Assembly (NCBI RefSeq): GCF_964204865.1
Contig: NC_135259.1
Coordinates: 12,648,001 to 12,712,000 of the forward strand
DNA from: Styela clava
Taxonomy: Eukaryota
DNA: 64,000 bases
Direction: 5' to 3'
Shown: piece after piece, positions 27,847 through 40,172 of the stretch
Position numbering within the stretch: position 1 is the first letter of the stretch
How the letters are laid out: each line of letters begins with the position of its first letter
Notes under the pieces: generated by a model
The model's database searches: none
Told to the model about the DNA's origin: nothing
The model's input: the letters and a program-made list of their open reading frames with translations, nothing else
Position numbers and translations under genes: made by a program

Positions 27847-29519
27847 ATGTTCGGTGGTGGTTTTAATGAAAAAAAGTTGAAGGTCAACCTTCGGCTGTCT
27901 ATAAATCGTCTGAAATTGTTGGAAAAAAAAAAGACAGAACTTGCGATCAAAGAACGACGTGACATCGCTGAATATATCAGAGGAGGAAAACTTGACAGAG
28001 CAAGGATTCGTGTTGAACATATTATAAGGTAAGATTGATGATTTGATGTAGTATTTCTCTGACATAAATTTTAGTTGTGGCTGCGCAAAATATAAAAAAA
28101 GATTTAATATCTATCTCGAAACAGAAGAATCAACCATAATAGCAAATAACAATCTGTTCTATTATGTTTTCAGAGAAGACTATATGGTGGAAGCCATGGA
28201 AATAACAGAAATGTATTGTGACATTTTGATGGCAAGAATAGGGCTGATGTTGGCATCGAAATCTTTGGATGAAAGTTTGAAGAAACCCATTTCGTCTGTA
28301 ATATGGGTCTCATCAAGGTCAGTTTTCATAATTTATTCTGACATAAGTCTTAAATTACCTGTGATGAATAGTCCTATTCACTGTATTATTTACTTATATT
28401 ATATATTTACCTTATATTTACTCTGATAACAATAAGGTCCTAAACTATCTCTGAATTTTCCAACCCTGGGTAAAGGTACAACACACAAATATGGGATCTC
28501 TTGTAACCTGAAATGTTAACAGTGATTAGGCTAACAGCTATACTATAATGATATGGCCTCGTTCACTGACATTTCCCCAAATCAATTGAAATCCTTGACT
28601 GATCTTCGCCATAAATATCACTTATATTTTATTTTTTAGACTTGCAAATAATGTAGAAGAATTGATGGTTATTAAAAAACATCTTGGTGCCTACTACGGA
28701 AAAGAGTATATGCATGCTTGCCACACAAATGATGTTGGTACAGTATGTGATCGTCTGATGCATAAGCTTGATCCTTCGCCACCTCCTAAAAAACTAGTCG
28801 AGCAATATATGATTGAAATTGCTAGATCTGGCAACATAGATTTTACACCGGATGAAGATGCATTACGAGATGATATTGGAGCTGCACCTGCTGCTATTGA
28901 GGAGTCTGAGTTGATAGCCTTGTATGACAAGGCTATTGATCCACCATATAATGGACCAAAAGGGCCTGGTCCTAATGGTGGAGGTGGATTTGGCGGGGGT
29001 GGTGGCGGCCAACTTCAAGCCCCTGCCCCATTTTCATACCCCCCTAGTGCTTCTGCACCTGCTGGATATCCTGCAGAAGCATCTGGTTTCAGTGGCCCAT
29101 CACAAGGGCCAACTAATTTACCCCCATATTCACCCATGGATCCTAACGTGGGCGGTGCGTCATATATGGGGCCTCCTCCAGATATGCCAGAGGGTGCTCA
29201 GGCTCCACCTTTGCCACACAAAAACCCAGCTGGTTCCCCAGAGAAAATGCATTTCGTTGATGATCCTGGCGTTACCCCACAGTTTCCACCTGACGTAACA
29301 TCAACGCAAAATGGCCCACAACCAGGACAAAGTAGCATTCAACCTCCAGTTCCAGCACCAAGAAGTGTGTCGCCTGGAATTCCTGACCTACCATCTGTAC
29401 CCAGTTCATTCAACACACCACCAGCCACTGGAGGAGGCGGCCCAGCAAATACTGGTGGTGATGATATGGACTTTGATGATCTGACTAGGCGATTTGAAAA
29501 TCTTAAAAACAAAAAGTGA
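27847..29519 (+). CDS. IST1: IST1, ESCRT-III-associated factor. Exons 27847-28028, 28174-28317, 28640-29519
   Basis: MFGGGFNEKKLKVNLRLSINRLKLLEKKKTELA...ARIRVEHIIR|EDY; Pro/Gly-rich linker; C-terminal MIT-interacting motif DFDDLTRRFENLKNKK; consistent phase-2 GT-AG introns. Confidence 0.97.
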
Positions 29520-30635
29520 AACAAAGTGGAAACTGGCAATTATCTTCAATAGCAAACATCTTATCATATATGCAGTGGGCAGTGTGCAGCAGTTCTCATC
29601 GTAATTATCTTTTCACTGCTTGCACAAATCCAGTTTCAGATAAAAACATTAGTTATCATGTAATGTGTACAGCACAGTACTTTATCTGGACATCAGTTAC
29701 TTTTTATATGTGCACTTTTACCATGTAATGTAATTTTTCTGTATATGAAAATATATCTTGAAATCCAAGCGGTTCAATCCAGTGCAAGAAATATTGTTAA
29801 ATATTTTGGGGTAGTAATGTTTTTATTTTGTCGAAAGAAGACTCGACCGTTTCGTTGAACACAATTAATCCCCTAATAGAACTAAAATACGGAAATCTGG
29901 AATAAGATTGTGGCCTAACTCTGACCTGGTGGCGATGTTGCTAATGATTTACGTTTGAAATACGAGGATTAGGAATATGAATGTCCACCATCTTGGTTCA
30001 CATACATCTGGAGTATCGAATATTTAATGCCACAGAAAAGTCATCCTATGCTAAAAAAGCCTATTTTAACTAGCGCTTAATCGCGGCAAGTGTTTCAGAA
30101 GGGAATGGGACTTTTCGATTTTGGGACGACTCCCCTTTTGAAATCCTGGCTGCGCCCCTGATCGAGTCTGCGTCATTTTTACAGAGTTGTAAATTATAGG
30201 ATATTGAAAAATATACATGCTCACGGCATCGAGAATACAATAATTTAATATCATAATTAAAGTCACTGTCCCCACACACTAATAAAGCATCTATGTGTGC
30301 AAGTTGCAAGCCTCTCGGAAACATGGTCTTTGCAAAGATTCAATTCAGAACCTTGATTTATCTACCAAAACTGGAACCGTACCATCCCTGGTATGGGGAC
30401 AAGCAGCTTTGAGACGAATATGCTCAATATAAGTTCTGATGCACCAATGTGTTATGAAGAGATAACTCTGAGGGTAATAGATTTGAAAGTCACAAATGGC
30501 TTTACTATTTATTGTATGCTAAAACCAGTTAGCTTCACAAAGCAAGTCTTGTCAGTGATCTACAGCCAAATACATTCATAAACAATGCCCTGCCCGAATT
30601 GACCTGTCGCCCTATTCTGCTCTCACCTATCAGAG

Positions 30636-31122
30636 CAGTGGTTCTCAACCTTATACTTACTGCGTACCACTTTTGTGCTTTTTACTCTAGCCGCGTGCCA
30701 CTGATAGAACCCCTTTTGGGATGGGGAACAAACGCACAAGAAAGGCACTATGCTATGGAAGTATTTTATGTGGGGCAACATCTATTTTTGGACCTTCACA
30801 CAAAGTTGCAACGTATCAATTATATGCAGTATTAATTGCATGCAAAATCGTGAGAGAATTTGCATCCTCTACCATCAGAGCTGAAAGGCTTTAATCAAGG
30901 CTATCACTGGATTGTCGCAAAACTCGGGACACATTTGGTCGGCACTAGCCGCTTAGTCGTAAAACTTAGGATTATGCACAAACATAAGGTAGAAATAGTA
31001 ACATCCGTATGATGCAACAAGGCGCTAGCAGGGTATCTCGGCACATGCTATAAAAACGTTCAGTATGGAACCGCACGCAGTATGGAAGATAGAAAGCTAC
31101 TCGCGTGCCACGAGAACCACTG
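30636..31122. mobile_element. hAT-type MITE
   Basis: cagtggttctc ... gagaaccactg TIR; cgcgtgcca subterminal repeats; flanks tatcagag / tattaggg (6/8). Confidence 0.8.
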
Positions 31123-31545
31123 TATTAGGGTGTAGTACATCTTATGAAATACTGACAGAATCAAAATCATTCAAATTGTAGTGTTTGTAAGTGTGACACT
31201 CCAGACTACAACTATTTCAGGAATAATTCATTCTAAGTTTTTATAAAAGAGTTCAAATAATTCAATTATCAATCTGTATCACATCTCCAACAATTTTTCA
31301 TCAAAAGTCAAATTCAAGTGGAGACTAATCATAATTTTCTATGAAAGATTATAGTCAGAATTGAGCAATTTTAATACATTCAATTTTCTACCTTGTCTCT
31401 GTACGCAGGACTCTGTGAAATGTAACCCAACTACTACACATTCATACGGAGCATCAAACAATATTTGGAAATAAAAATGTATTGACATAACCATTGAGTG
31501 AAATGGACCATAATGATTGGAAGCAAAAATCCCATCGTAAAAAAG

Positions 31546-31941
31546 TTATTTGGTTGGAGGAGGAGCCATAGCCCCTGGTGCACTGGGTTGCATGCCCATA
31601 GAACCAGACATAGCAGCATTTGGTCCAAGAAGCATTTGTCTTTGCTGAACAAGTTGCTGTTGTTCTAAGTTAAATCGCTCTTGTTCAAAAACAACTGGCA
31701 CAACAAGAAGAATAAAACTTGTAGCTCCAATCCACAATGAAGAACGTGAAAATTTATATACAGCTTTCGAGCATTTTTTGCCCGTGTTATAACCAGAATA
31801 AGTCCAATTGCGAAGTCTTTCAGGAAACATTTCTGTTAAACCATAAAGTCTTTCAAGTACAGATTCATCTTCAAAGTCTTCATCATCTTCATCATCAATT
31901 TCTCGTATTTTAGGAATACTACCAAAATCTCCTGTAGCCAT
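31546..31941 (-). CDS. TOMM22: TOM22 mitochondrial import receptor, single coding exon
   Basis: Acidic N-terminus, DESVLERLYGLTEMFPE motif, TM segment LWIGATSFILLVVPVVFEQER, then QQRQMLLGP; true ATG at 31941, acceptor AG at 31966-31965. Confidence 0.96.
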   Translation of the reverse strand: MATGDFGSIPKIREIDDEDDEDFEDESVLERLYGLTEMFPERLRNWTYSGYNTGKKCSKAVYKFSRSSLWIGATSFILLVVPVVFEQERFNLEQQQLVQQRQMLLGPNAAMSGSMGMQPSAPGAMAPPPTK

Positions 31942-32099
31942 TTCTATATTTGGAAATGAAATCACTGGAATATAGTATTATATGTAGAAGTATGTGATGA
32001 CTAACTGACCCTGTATATTGAAACAACATAATTATCAGATAGCAAAACAATACAAATACCAATTTGTAAAATCAATAATACACCAGACATACAGGCTTT

Positions 32100-32278
32100 A
32101 TGTACTTATCCCGGGTGAAAAAAAAGCTTATATGGCGGCTCAATCATATGACGAACCACGGCCTCTCGTTCGGTTACCAGTCCATTTATGGGATTAGTTA
32201 GCTAGATATTTGTTTCAGATGCAGTTATGTGAACCACATCCTATGGCGGCAAGGAGTCCAGCAATTCTCTTGCAAATA
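32100..32278 (-). mobile_element. Partial SINE (family of 61850-62179)
   Basis: Reverse complement contains ggtaaccgaacgagaggccgtggttcg, ttgctggactcct and gggataa, all shared with 61850-62179. Confidence 0.8.
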
Positions 32279-32811
32279 GATATCTCCTACAAGATTCGGA
32301 CCTGCTATACCATGCAGGGTAATCAGAGATGCAATGCGCATTCTCAAAGTTAGCACGATGCGCCTTGCCACATACCGTAAGATATATAACACAGCTTGTA
32401 GCTTCATTGCCCTCATACGATACCATACCTGCATACCATAGCAGTTACTTGTATTGGGTTAAAGATCCTCATTCATATTCTGATATTCTTAATTTTCCCT
32501 ATTCCTATTTCAAAGTTAGGTAGTCCAAATCCATGAAATCATGACAGCATGACCAGGTAAATCATGAGCAACATCTTCTAGTTTTGCATTTCAGTATTTT
32601 GCCGTTAAGGTTAGTCTATATAAATCACACAGCAACCTACATACTGAGATACACTAATACCTGAATACAGGCTTAAAATTACAGCACGACCATGAATACT
32701 GAAAATCCTATAGCAGTGTTGTGTTTGCTTTTGTCATCAATTTATATTAGGGGTCTGGTATAGTTTAGTACCACAAGTACTTCCGGTGGGCGTAGCATAA
32801 CGAATTTTGCA

Positions 32812-33025
32812 TATCAATCAATCAATCAATTTTATTCGGTCACTCTGATACAAACAAAACACAAAACAACAACAAAGGGACAAACAAAATACAGAGAACC
32901 TGGAGGACGGGCATAACTTAATAAAAAAGTTAAATACGTACAAGTACGTGCCCGTCCCCCAAAAACAGAATAAAACAAAAACACGGTGTAACATCGGGCA
33001 ACAACTTATAAATTCAAATTAAAAT
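32812..33025 (-). mobile_element. 3' end of a non-LTR retroelement inside the TIR element
   Basis: On the minus strand it ends aataaa-attgattgattgattga. Stem-loop formed by ggaggacgggca (32902) and tgcccgtcccc (~32949), with inner taactt/aagtta. Confidence 0.6.
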
Positions 33026-33223
33026 GTGAGACGTGTATGTGCTTTTCCTATACAGATATATGGATTAAAACACTCGCTGACGAAAAATGGTGATGTTGTG
33101 GGCCTACTTCAATTATATTGTAAAAATAACACAGTGACAAATTTTTTTTTACTAAAAAACAAGCTTGGTAAATGGATTGGAGTGTTGGGTTCTTTTGTCG
33201 TTTTCGGTTGGTTCACTTTAAAA

Positions 33224-33465
33224 TCATTGTATCCGTTCCAATGCTTCCAACATTAATATCGAATTTCCACGCACGACCACCATTCGGCCATTCCAACAGG
33301 TGCAGTGATCTCATCTTTTCTACGCTCTGTTCCATCATACACGACTAGATTGATAAAAAGATCGAAACCTCGCAATATACCCGCAACAAATCGTCCACCA
33401 TTCAACTTTAAATCCAATCTTTTATCCATAAACTTCTTTAATTCCAGTGGATGGGCTTTGCTCAT
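33224..33465 (-). pseudogene. SNRPG: SmG (snRNP polypeptide G) intronless pseudogene
   Basis: [41 protein letters not shown]... Removing an 8-nt insertion at 33280-33287 restores [20 protein letters not shown] (77 aa). Conserved HPPE and FDPFMN are altered to HPLE and FDLFIN. Confidence 0.92.
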
Positions 33466-34650
33466 GTTGATATTACGCGATACAGATTATAGATACCGAA
33501 ACATACAACGATGAGTAGCATTCACTAGTCTTTTCAAGCTGACACGTCCGCACCCGACGACGGTCGGAACGGAGTGAGCTATTCCTGACTATGTCATCCA
33601 AAAACTACGTCACTACAACGTCACCATCACGTCATAGGGATCGCCAAAGTATAATTACGATCGCCCGAAATGACATCTGCGCCGCCGATAACGAACTTGC
33701 TAAAGCCGGCGATCTCTCTCCTATAGTGATCGTTGTGACGAGAAAACGAGAGAAATTGCTTGCTCGATTTCGGGTGATCGTCTGTGCGTTTTGGACGAGC
33801 ATCCGCATACTTCGGTGGGCCTTATTACGCCACTGTAACGTCGAAATGACGTAATTTTTCGGTGACGTAGTCAGGTCAGGTGGGGGTTAGGATTGGCATT
33901 GCAAAAATTGTTGAGCCAGGTCAACTAGAAGTACATGTGGTACTAAACTATACCAGACCCTATATTAGAACTAAAAATGACTCAATGCTGCAATGAGATG
34001 GCGCGTCTTTATGTCTATGCCTACTGCAAGATACGGTACCATACAACGCAAAAACAGCAAACGCCCAACAAACCAGCTTATCGCAAGACATCTGGATGTG
34101 AATAGCTACAAGAACAACCATGCGCCCAAGGTCTTTAGTTCGTAGTGTTGTGTGGAGTCAAAAATTGCTCAACGCTAGAATTATATGAATATGGAGTTTT
34201 TTGGAGCGGGAACTCTTACACACTTGTTCACATGTTCAAAACCACCATTTTTAATAAAATATTTAACCACGTTCTGCTAACAGGTACTGACAGCTGATTT
34301 CAGCCAAGTCTGTCGCAGCTTTTTTGATACTATTTTTCAAATATAGCATTTAAACTAAAGCTCATCAGAGAACATTAAACTATTCAATTTAAAACTTATT
34401 TTCAAAAACACAACACTCAAAACTGCGAAATCGAGCCGGTGTTTACGACCACACTTGAGCGACTGCACAAATTACCATTGTTACGTCACCTTTGACTTAT
34501 TGCTGATTGGTCATTGTTAACAAGGAATTCGATACTCCGGAAAACATTCATTTAAATAAATTTTGTATCAGGTAAAAAAAGAAATCGAGGGTTCAGCGGA
34601 GGCTATTGAAATACAGCAACACAATACCAGGAAATATTCGCAGTCCATTA

Positions 34651-34760
34651 TTGCTCACGAAAATGCGTTTTGTGTCAGAGGGGAGGTTTGAAGACAATGG
34701 CACGTCTATTTTTGCTCACGAAAATGCGTTTTGTGTCAGGGAGGAGGTTTGAAGACAATG
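34651..34760 (+). repeat. Two-copy tandem repeat, period ~61 bp
   Basis: ttgctcacgaaaatgcgttttgtgtcag..gaggtttgaagacaatg at ~34651 and ~34712. Confidence 0.9.
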
Positions 34761-35971
34761 CAGAGAGGCAGCAAGAATCATAATCTTGTATATCGTAATT
34801 AGTTCTTCCTTGTCATTAGCATTCGCGCGTTGGATGCTAGCATGGTGGTTTTTTCAAGCTGGAGCATACAAGTGGATTTGAGTTCCAGGAAATATAGTTC
34901 AAGCCTTAGGAGAGAACAGTTGAGTGGAAGCTAAAGCAGTTATGGGTGCCGCTGCTCGATAACCAAATTTGGTTTCTCGCGGCTCCCCTCACCCTGAAAT
35001 GCCTTTTATTTATTTGTTACAATTTGTATATCAAGTGTGCATTTAGTATGGTGAGAAAATAAACTTCTGAAAAAATCGCTTACTTGGATGGATGCGCAAT
35101 ATATGAAAACTCTAGGGTTTGTAGTATGGATTCACTATATTCAAAAATTCCTGACACTATTTAACATTTCTCTCCGACGCAAAGTTGACGACTGAAACCC
35201 CGGAGATGTCAGGAAAAAAATAAAGCGTATGGTAACCCTAAACCAGCATGCTCTGACACAATAAATAAGCGCCAGTATAATCACAGAGATATGAGAAAAA
35301 TGTGAGTGTCAAGACTGGGAAACATAACCAGGGTAAGTAATAATTAATGGGATCGGTGCACGTTTTATCATGAAACACTAAATAACCAAGTGGAGATCTA
35401 AATGAAATATCACATGTAAATCTTAAGCAAAAATGGTAGTGCACCCACATTTCTATCGAAGTATGGTAGCACATTATAAAAAAAATATACGGTAAGTTTC
35501 GGATCCATGAAGTTATGAAGCTGAATAAATGTAGAATAGTAACCTTTATGTACGATTATTACTGGACTTGTATCTTTGCCACATTGCTAATGTTACTTCA
35601 TTCTATCAGACTAGTGATTCTCAAAAATAACTGGTCGTATGCAAGTCTGATTTTGAATTTTATACTCAATGTATCCAAACTTAAAAAATAGAATATTGCA
35701 TGCAAATAGAGACAAGGTAGTGCAATGTTCATCGATGCAAAAATAATCACCAACTATTGAAAACTAATATATAGCGTCTCAATTGATGAGATTATCATAG
35801 CAAGACCATATCATATCTGTAAAAACAGCGAGGCTAAAATGCAGAATACAAATTATGTAATGAAGTTATGGCACTGCTTGTGATATAGATATGATGTCTG
35901 TTATCTCCTTTTTGAAGAGTTGTCCATGAGTTGCAACAGGCAAATCAGGTTGCTTTCAATCAGATGTTCCG

Positions 35972-38900
35972 TCATGTGTACAAACCTACTCCAACATTAC
36001 TATTTTTGACCGCATTGAATATTTTCTGTTTTACAGATTCCTGATTCTAAATAGATGATGGTAACAATAATTAACTGGAATAAGTCTATGAAGAGGAACA
36101 ATGATTAAATAGTCCAGTCACTAAAATAGTCCCTTTTTTAGACCCTCATTGCATGGATGTGGTCAAAGACTTCTTGTACAGCAGCAATCTCCAGTAACAA
36201 AAATAGTATTGTAATAGCACAGCCCTACACCAGTGGTTTCCAACCTTTTTTTTCAAGGGATCAAAATTTTTTTTTAAATAAATTTGATAAAAACCTGCGG
36301 CCTACGGCTATGCTCAAATACTAAAGGGCATGTAGTACTTTCATAGTCGCAAAATTGAAGGACTTATATAAAACAAAGTAAAATTAGTAACTTTTAGGTT
36401 TAAAAACAAGCAACCCAGGAAAATCTTCACTTCAGGCGGCTCAATTTTGAGCTGTGAACCATAGGTTGAGAAACACTGCTCTATACTACAGAGTGAAAAA
36501 AATCTCTGAAAAAAGTAATGAGAGGCTTCCATGGAGTAATCACCGATGGCCATATATTCACAAAATTCTAGTCTAATCCACAACTACCATGAGTATTTAT
36601 GTTACAATATCATAAATGAAATTGTGACTAGCCTTATACTTACTACTGATATTTTAAACTGAGGTGTTCCTAGCAGCTCAGTAAAAGCTTGAATTGATAA
36701 TGAATCTAGTTGATTATTTTCAGTATAACAGATGTAAGCAGTTGCAGGAATATTTTGAAACTGACAGTGGGTGATGACTGTGAAACAAGAAAAGTGCATT
36801 AAGTGTAAAAGTGTAATTTTTTGATTACTCTCAGAATGTGACGCGGGCCATAGATAATGAAGCGGCCTGGGTTTGAACCACCCTGGTCTAGGCTAAGATA
36901 AGGTAATTATAGATTGATCACTGTGGGAATTTTCATCCTTAATAACCTTACATTGGTTGTGGCTCTGAACTTGACATAATGAATTCTTGGATTTGGAAGG
37001 AAATTTCTCAGTTAACGTACTCAATAACGTACCCAACTCTGTACATCAGACTGAAAGATTAATCTGGCATTAATTGATAAAAGCCTATGAAGGCAATATA
37101 ATCAGACCGGCAACTAACTACTTGACCATTATACCCACAAATTGTATTAATTTTTGTTAGCTTCATTCATAAAGTCTTGAAATCATAGCATTTTACCACA
37201 AACAAGTATTCCCTGGGAGCTACAAGAAACGTCAGTTACTGCTAAATACGAGCTAGTAAGTTATCCACGTAACGAGCTATAACCTTCCAAATAATCCTTT
37301 CTTCCAAGAGGCTTTTCAGATCTTTGCAAGCTGTGACTTAATATGTATTATTTTTACAACCATGAATGAAAGACAACACGCTTGTGACAGAATCGGGCTT
37401 GAATGAACAAAAAAATAAACGCTTACTTGCAGCAGGTATACTTTTCATTAAATTTGGTTGTTCAAGTACAGTAAATACTGGATGATTCTTAGGTTTTGTT
37501 GTTGTGGATAGAGATCTTACAAACGGAGTATTAATTGAATTCATGTCTTCACATTTATATTCATGTATCGTGGAAGATGACAAGACGAACACATCTTTTA
37601 ACGGTTTGACCATATTGAAGAACTGAAATTGATAAAGAGTGATGAAATGTGAGATTAAAATACAACAAAAAATATTGCCAAACAGTTCTGGATTCTCAGT
37701 AAAATATTGTCAGATTCTGTAATTCTCAGATTATGTAATGCATATACAAACGAATAAAATTTCAAAAAAACCTAAGAATTAATTACCTTTGCTGTCCATG
37801 GCCAAATTTGTTCTGGTGGAATATATGACTTACAGGATACAAAAATATTCCTTTTTTGTTTATTAAATTTTTCATAGATTGTTGACACTGAAATTAAAGT
37901 ATATTGTATTGTTTTATCTGAAAGTTAAACAATGACAATACTGTTTTAAATATTGAAAACTATCAAAATTTAAAACATCAAAACCAATGTTGGATGCAGA
38001 CACCCCCTTGAGACGAAACAGACCATCCCTTGGGATGATCATCATTTCCTCGACTGAATCAGTCAGATAATTAAATTAGATACTTTGAAGTAGTAGCGCA
38101 TTAATTAGATGCAGTTATGGAATCTATATTCATGTTGTTTGGAATACTCCAATTACTGTATTTTATCTCATTTCTGAATATCCAAATCAATGTTTTAAAG
38201 ATGCAAAATCATGCTATATGCCAAGTTTTCCTGTAAACAATAATTTTATACATTAGAAGTTCCACTGTATCAAATATGATTGTGATCAAGCGAATGCTGA
38301 AAGCTGCTCTGTGTGATAATCCTGTGCCAACCACTCTCGAATGGGTGGGAGATAATTATGGCCATATGCTATATGATTGAGCAGTCCTATCGTCTCTCCT
38401 CTCCATGGGATAAATATGACCAGATTCATTAAATTGAGACCTCTAGGTGAAGTGATAACATACATTTGCAACAATTTATATCCATCATAAAATTGCAATG
38501 TGTTCTTGAGTTACTTACCGATATTAGGTTGTTTTGAGATAGCTTCATAAATACAATCGTCCTCTTTTGAATTTTCAATGATTTCAACTACTTTGTCAGA
38601 ATTCTGCAGGTCATAATATATTTTGAGAAAACCTAAAGAGAAATGTTAGTTTATATTTCAAAAGGCCTAGTGAATTACATCACAAATTTAACATCGTAAA
38701 AGTTTGTACAATAATATTATATTATAAAATATATAAAAACTACGGTAGGTCCGTAAAAAATAAACATGAAATAACTCACTCCATGCGACTTCTCCAGCAG
38801 CAATAATAAGATTATCACACTCTAATGCTTTCTGATCATGATCTGCAGACCATTTCAACACCAAGTCTCTAAAATAAAATATCAATAATCAATCACGGGA

Positions 38901-39284
38901 TAACAATTGAAAACATTATATACTGTATGTATCTAGATAATTGTTCCACAATGCCTTTATTTTGATACATTTGTTCTTAATTTAAAACTTTGCCCAGAAC
39001 ATTACAAATCACATTACAAAAACAACTCTATAAAAAGCTATTACACAACCTCATAATTAACAAGTTTTCTTGCAGCGACCAAGAACAATTTTAATGGTAA
39101 CAAGTCAAAAATTACCGACATTCAGCGATTTATAAGTTGAATCAAGATAAACCAATTTCAGTCTTGATGTTCATTAACATAGAAACAGAAGAATACCAAA
39201 CCTTGGTTTAGAAGCATTCTCCTCTTCCTCCTCGTCAACAGCTCTTGAAATAACTGGTAATATTTCTCCATGAAAAGTTGCCAT
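35972..39284 (-). CDS. PSMG1: Proteasome assembly chaperone 1. Exons 39284-39202, 38868-38780, 38632-38519, 37887-37787, 37622-37427, 36777-36644, 36046-35972
   Basis: MATFHGEILPVISRAVDEEEE; CDNLIIAAG; PFVRSL; LEQPNLMKSIPAA; HCQFQNIPATAYICYT; terminal LYT*. These follow PAC1 motifs and all seven exons are phase-consistent. Confidence 0.92.
36231..36478. mobile_element. hAT (Buster/Charlie-like) MITE in the last PSMG1 intron
   Basis: cagtggtttccaacc ... ggttgagaaacactg; flanks ccctacac / ctctatac (NNNTANNN pattern). Confidence 0.75.
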
Positions 39285-40172
39285 TTTGTAACAATAAGTA
39301 CCGGTATGTAATATCAATACTATTGAAAATACAACGGACGTTGGAAAACATAAAATGCAATCAATGATTATACTGGACATGTGCATACTGCTAGAAGTTA
39401 CTGTGTCAGGATATTGTGACATCAAACAAAAATATTTTCATTCGAGATAAAGAAATGATGTGAAAAAACATTTTTATGACCTAATACATATTTATGGACA
39501 AATCAAGTATTTGAGATGACTTGGAATATGAGCACAGTAAAACAGTAATTAAAACAAAATTCGAACAACAATTCTGTATATTATGCGCATTTAGGGTGCA
39601 CAAATCTGATTTATTATTATGCAAATAGAATGCATGGCAGAAACATCTACATATTGTAAGATTTAAATAGGGGCACCTTTATTAATCTTATACTGAGATG
39701 ATGTTGAATATAGACAAGATTTTTCAAACAGAAATAATACAAACACTGCTAGTATATAGGACTACATAAGAAACTGAATATTGTTAAAAAAAATACTGCG
39801 AATGTAACTTATGATTTACAATTCGGTGTTAATAATAGAAAAAATAAACAAAAACCTGGTAGTCAATACCAAAACATACAAAGACAATATAAATGTATAA
39901 AAGCATAATGATATCAAAATCAGGACATTTAAACTGTATAGAATGGCAGACCTTGAAAAAAACAGTTTAATTAGGCAAGGATAATTGATCAGTCAAGCAT
40001 GTGATGGTGGATAGGCCTCGTAGGGCGGGGCTTGCCATAGTGTGATACCATCAATAATAAGACAACAAAATAGTCCAATCTTCTTCCAATCGGAGAGAGC
40101 CAATGATGAGAGTTGGGAATATATATTTTAGGAGTCCGACAGCATTAAATCATATCAAAAATGTCATAGAAG

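Larger units (their letters stand above)
32751..33960. mobile_element. Non-autonomous TIR DNA transposon (GGG termini, 8-bp TSD; Merlin- or Mutator-like) carrying an SNRPG copy
   Basis: 33-bp TIR gggtctggtatagtttagtaccaca[a/t]gtacttc with 1 mismatch; perfect TSD tatattag at 32743-32750 and 33961-33968; no transposase. Confidence 0.92.

Noticed and set aside
28361-28602. C/D-box-like words (gtgatga...ctga; atgata...ctga) in IST1 intron 2
   Set aside because: Low-complexity interior, no terminal stem and no convincing rRNA guide by eye; would need a snoRNA search.
28694-29539. Overlapping and antisense ORFs within IST1 exon 3; likewise 57048-57760 within ALDH18A1
   Set aside because: Alternative-frame by-products of real CDS.
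33253-33465. Functional SNRPG gene
   Set aside because: Frameshift removes the Sm2 RG motif, invariant residues are substituted, and it lies inside a transposon.
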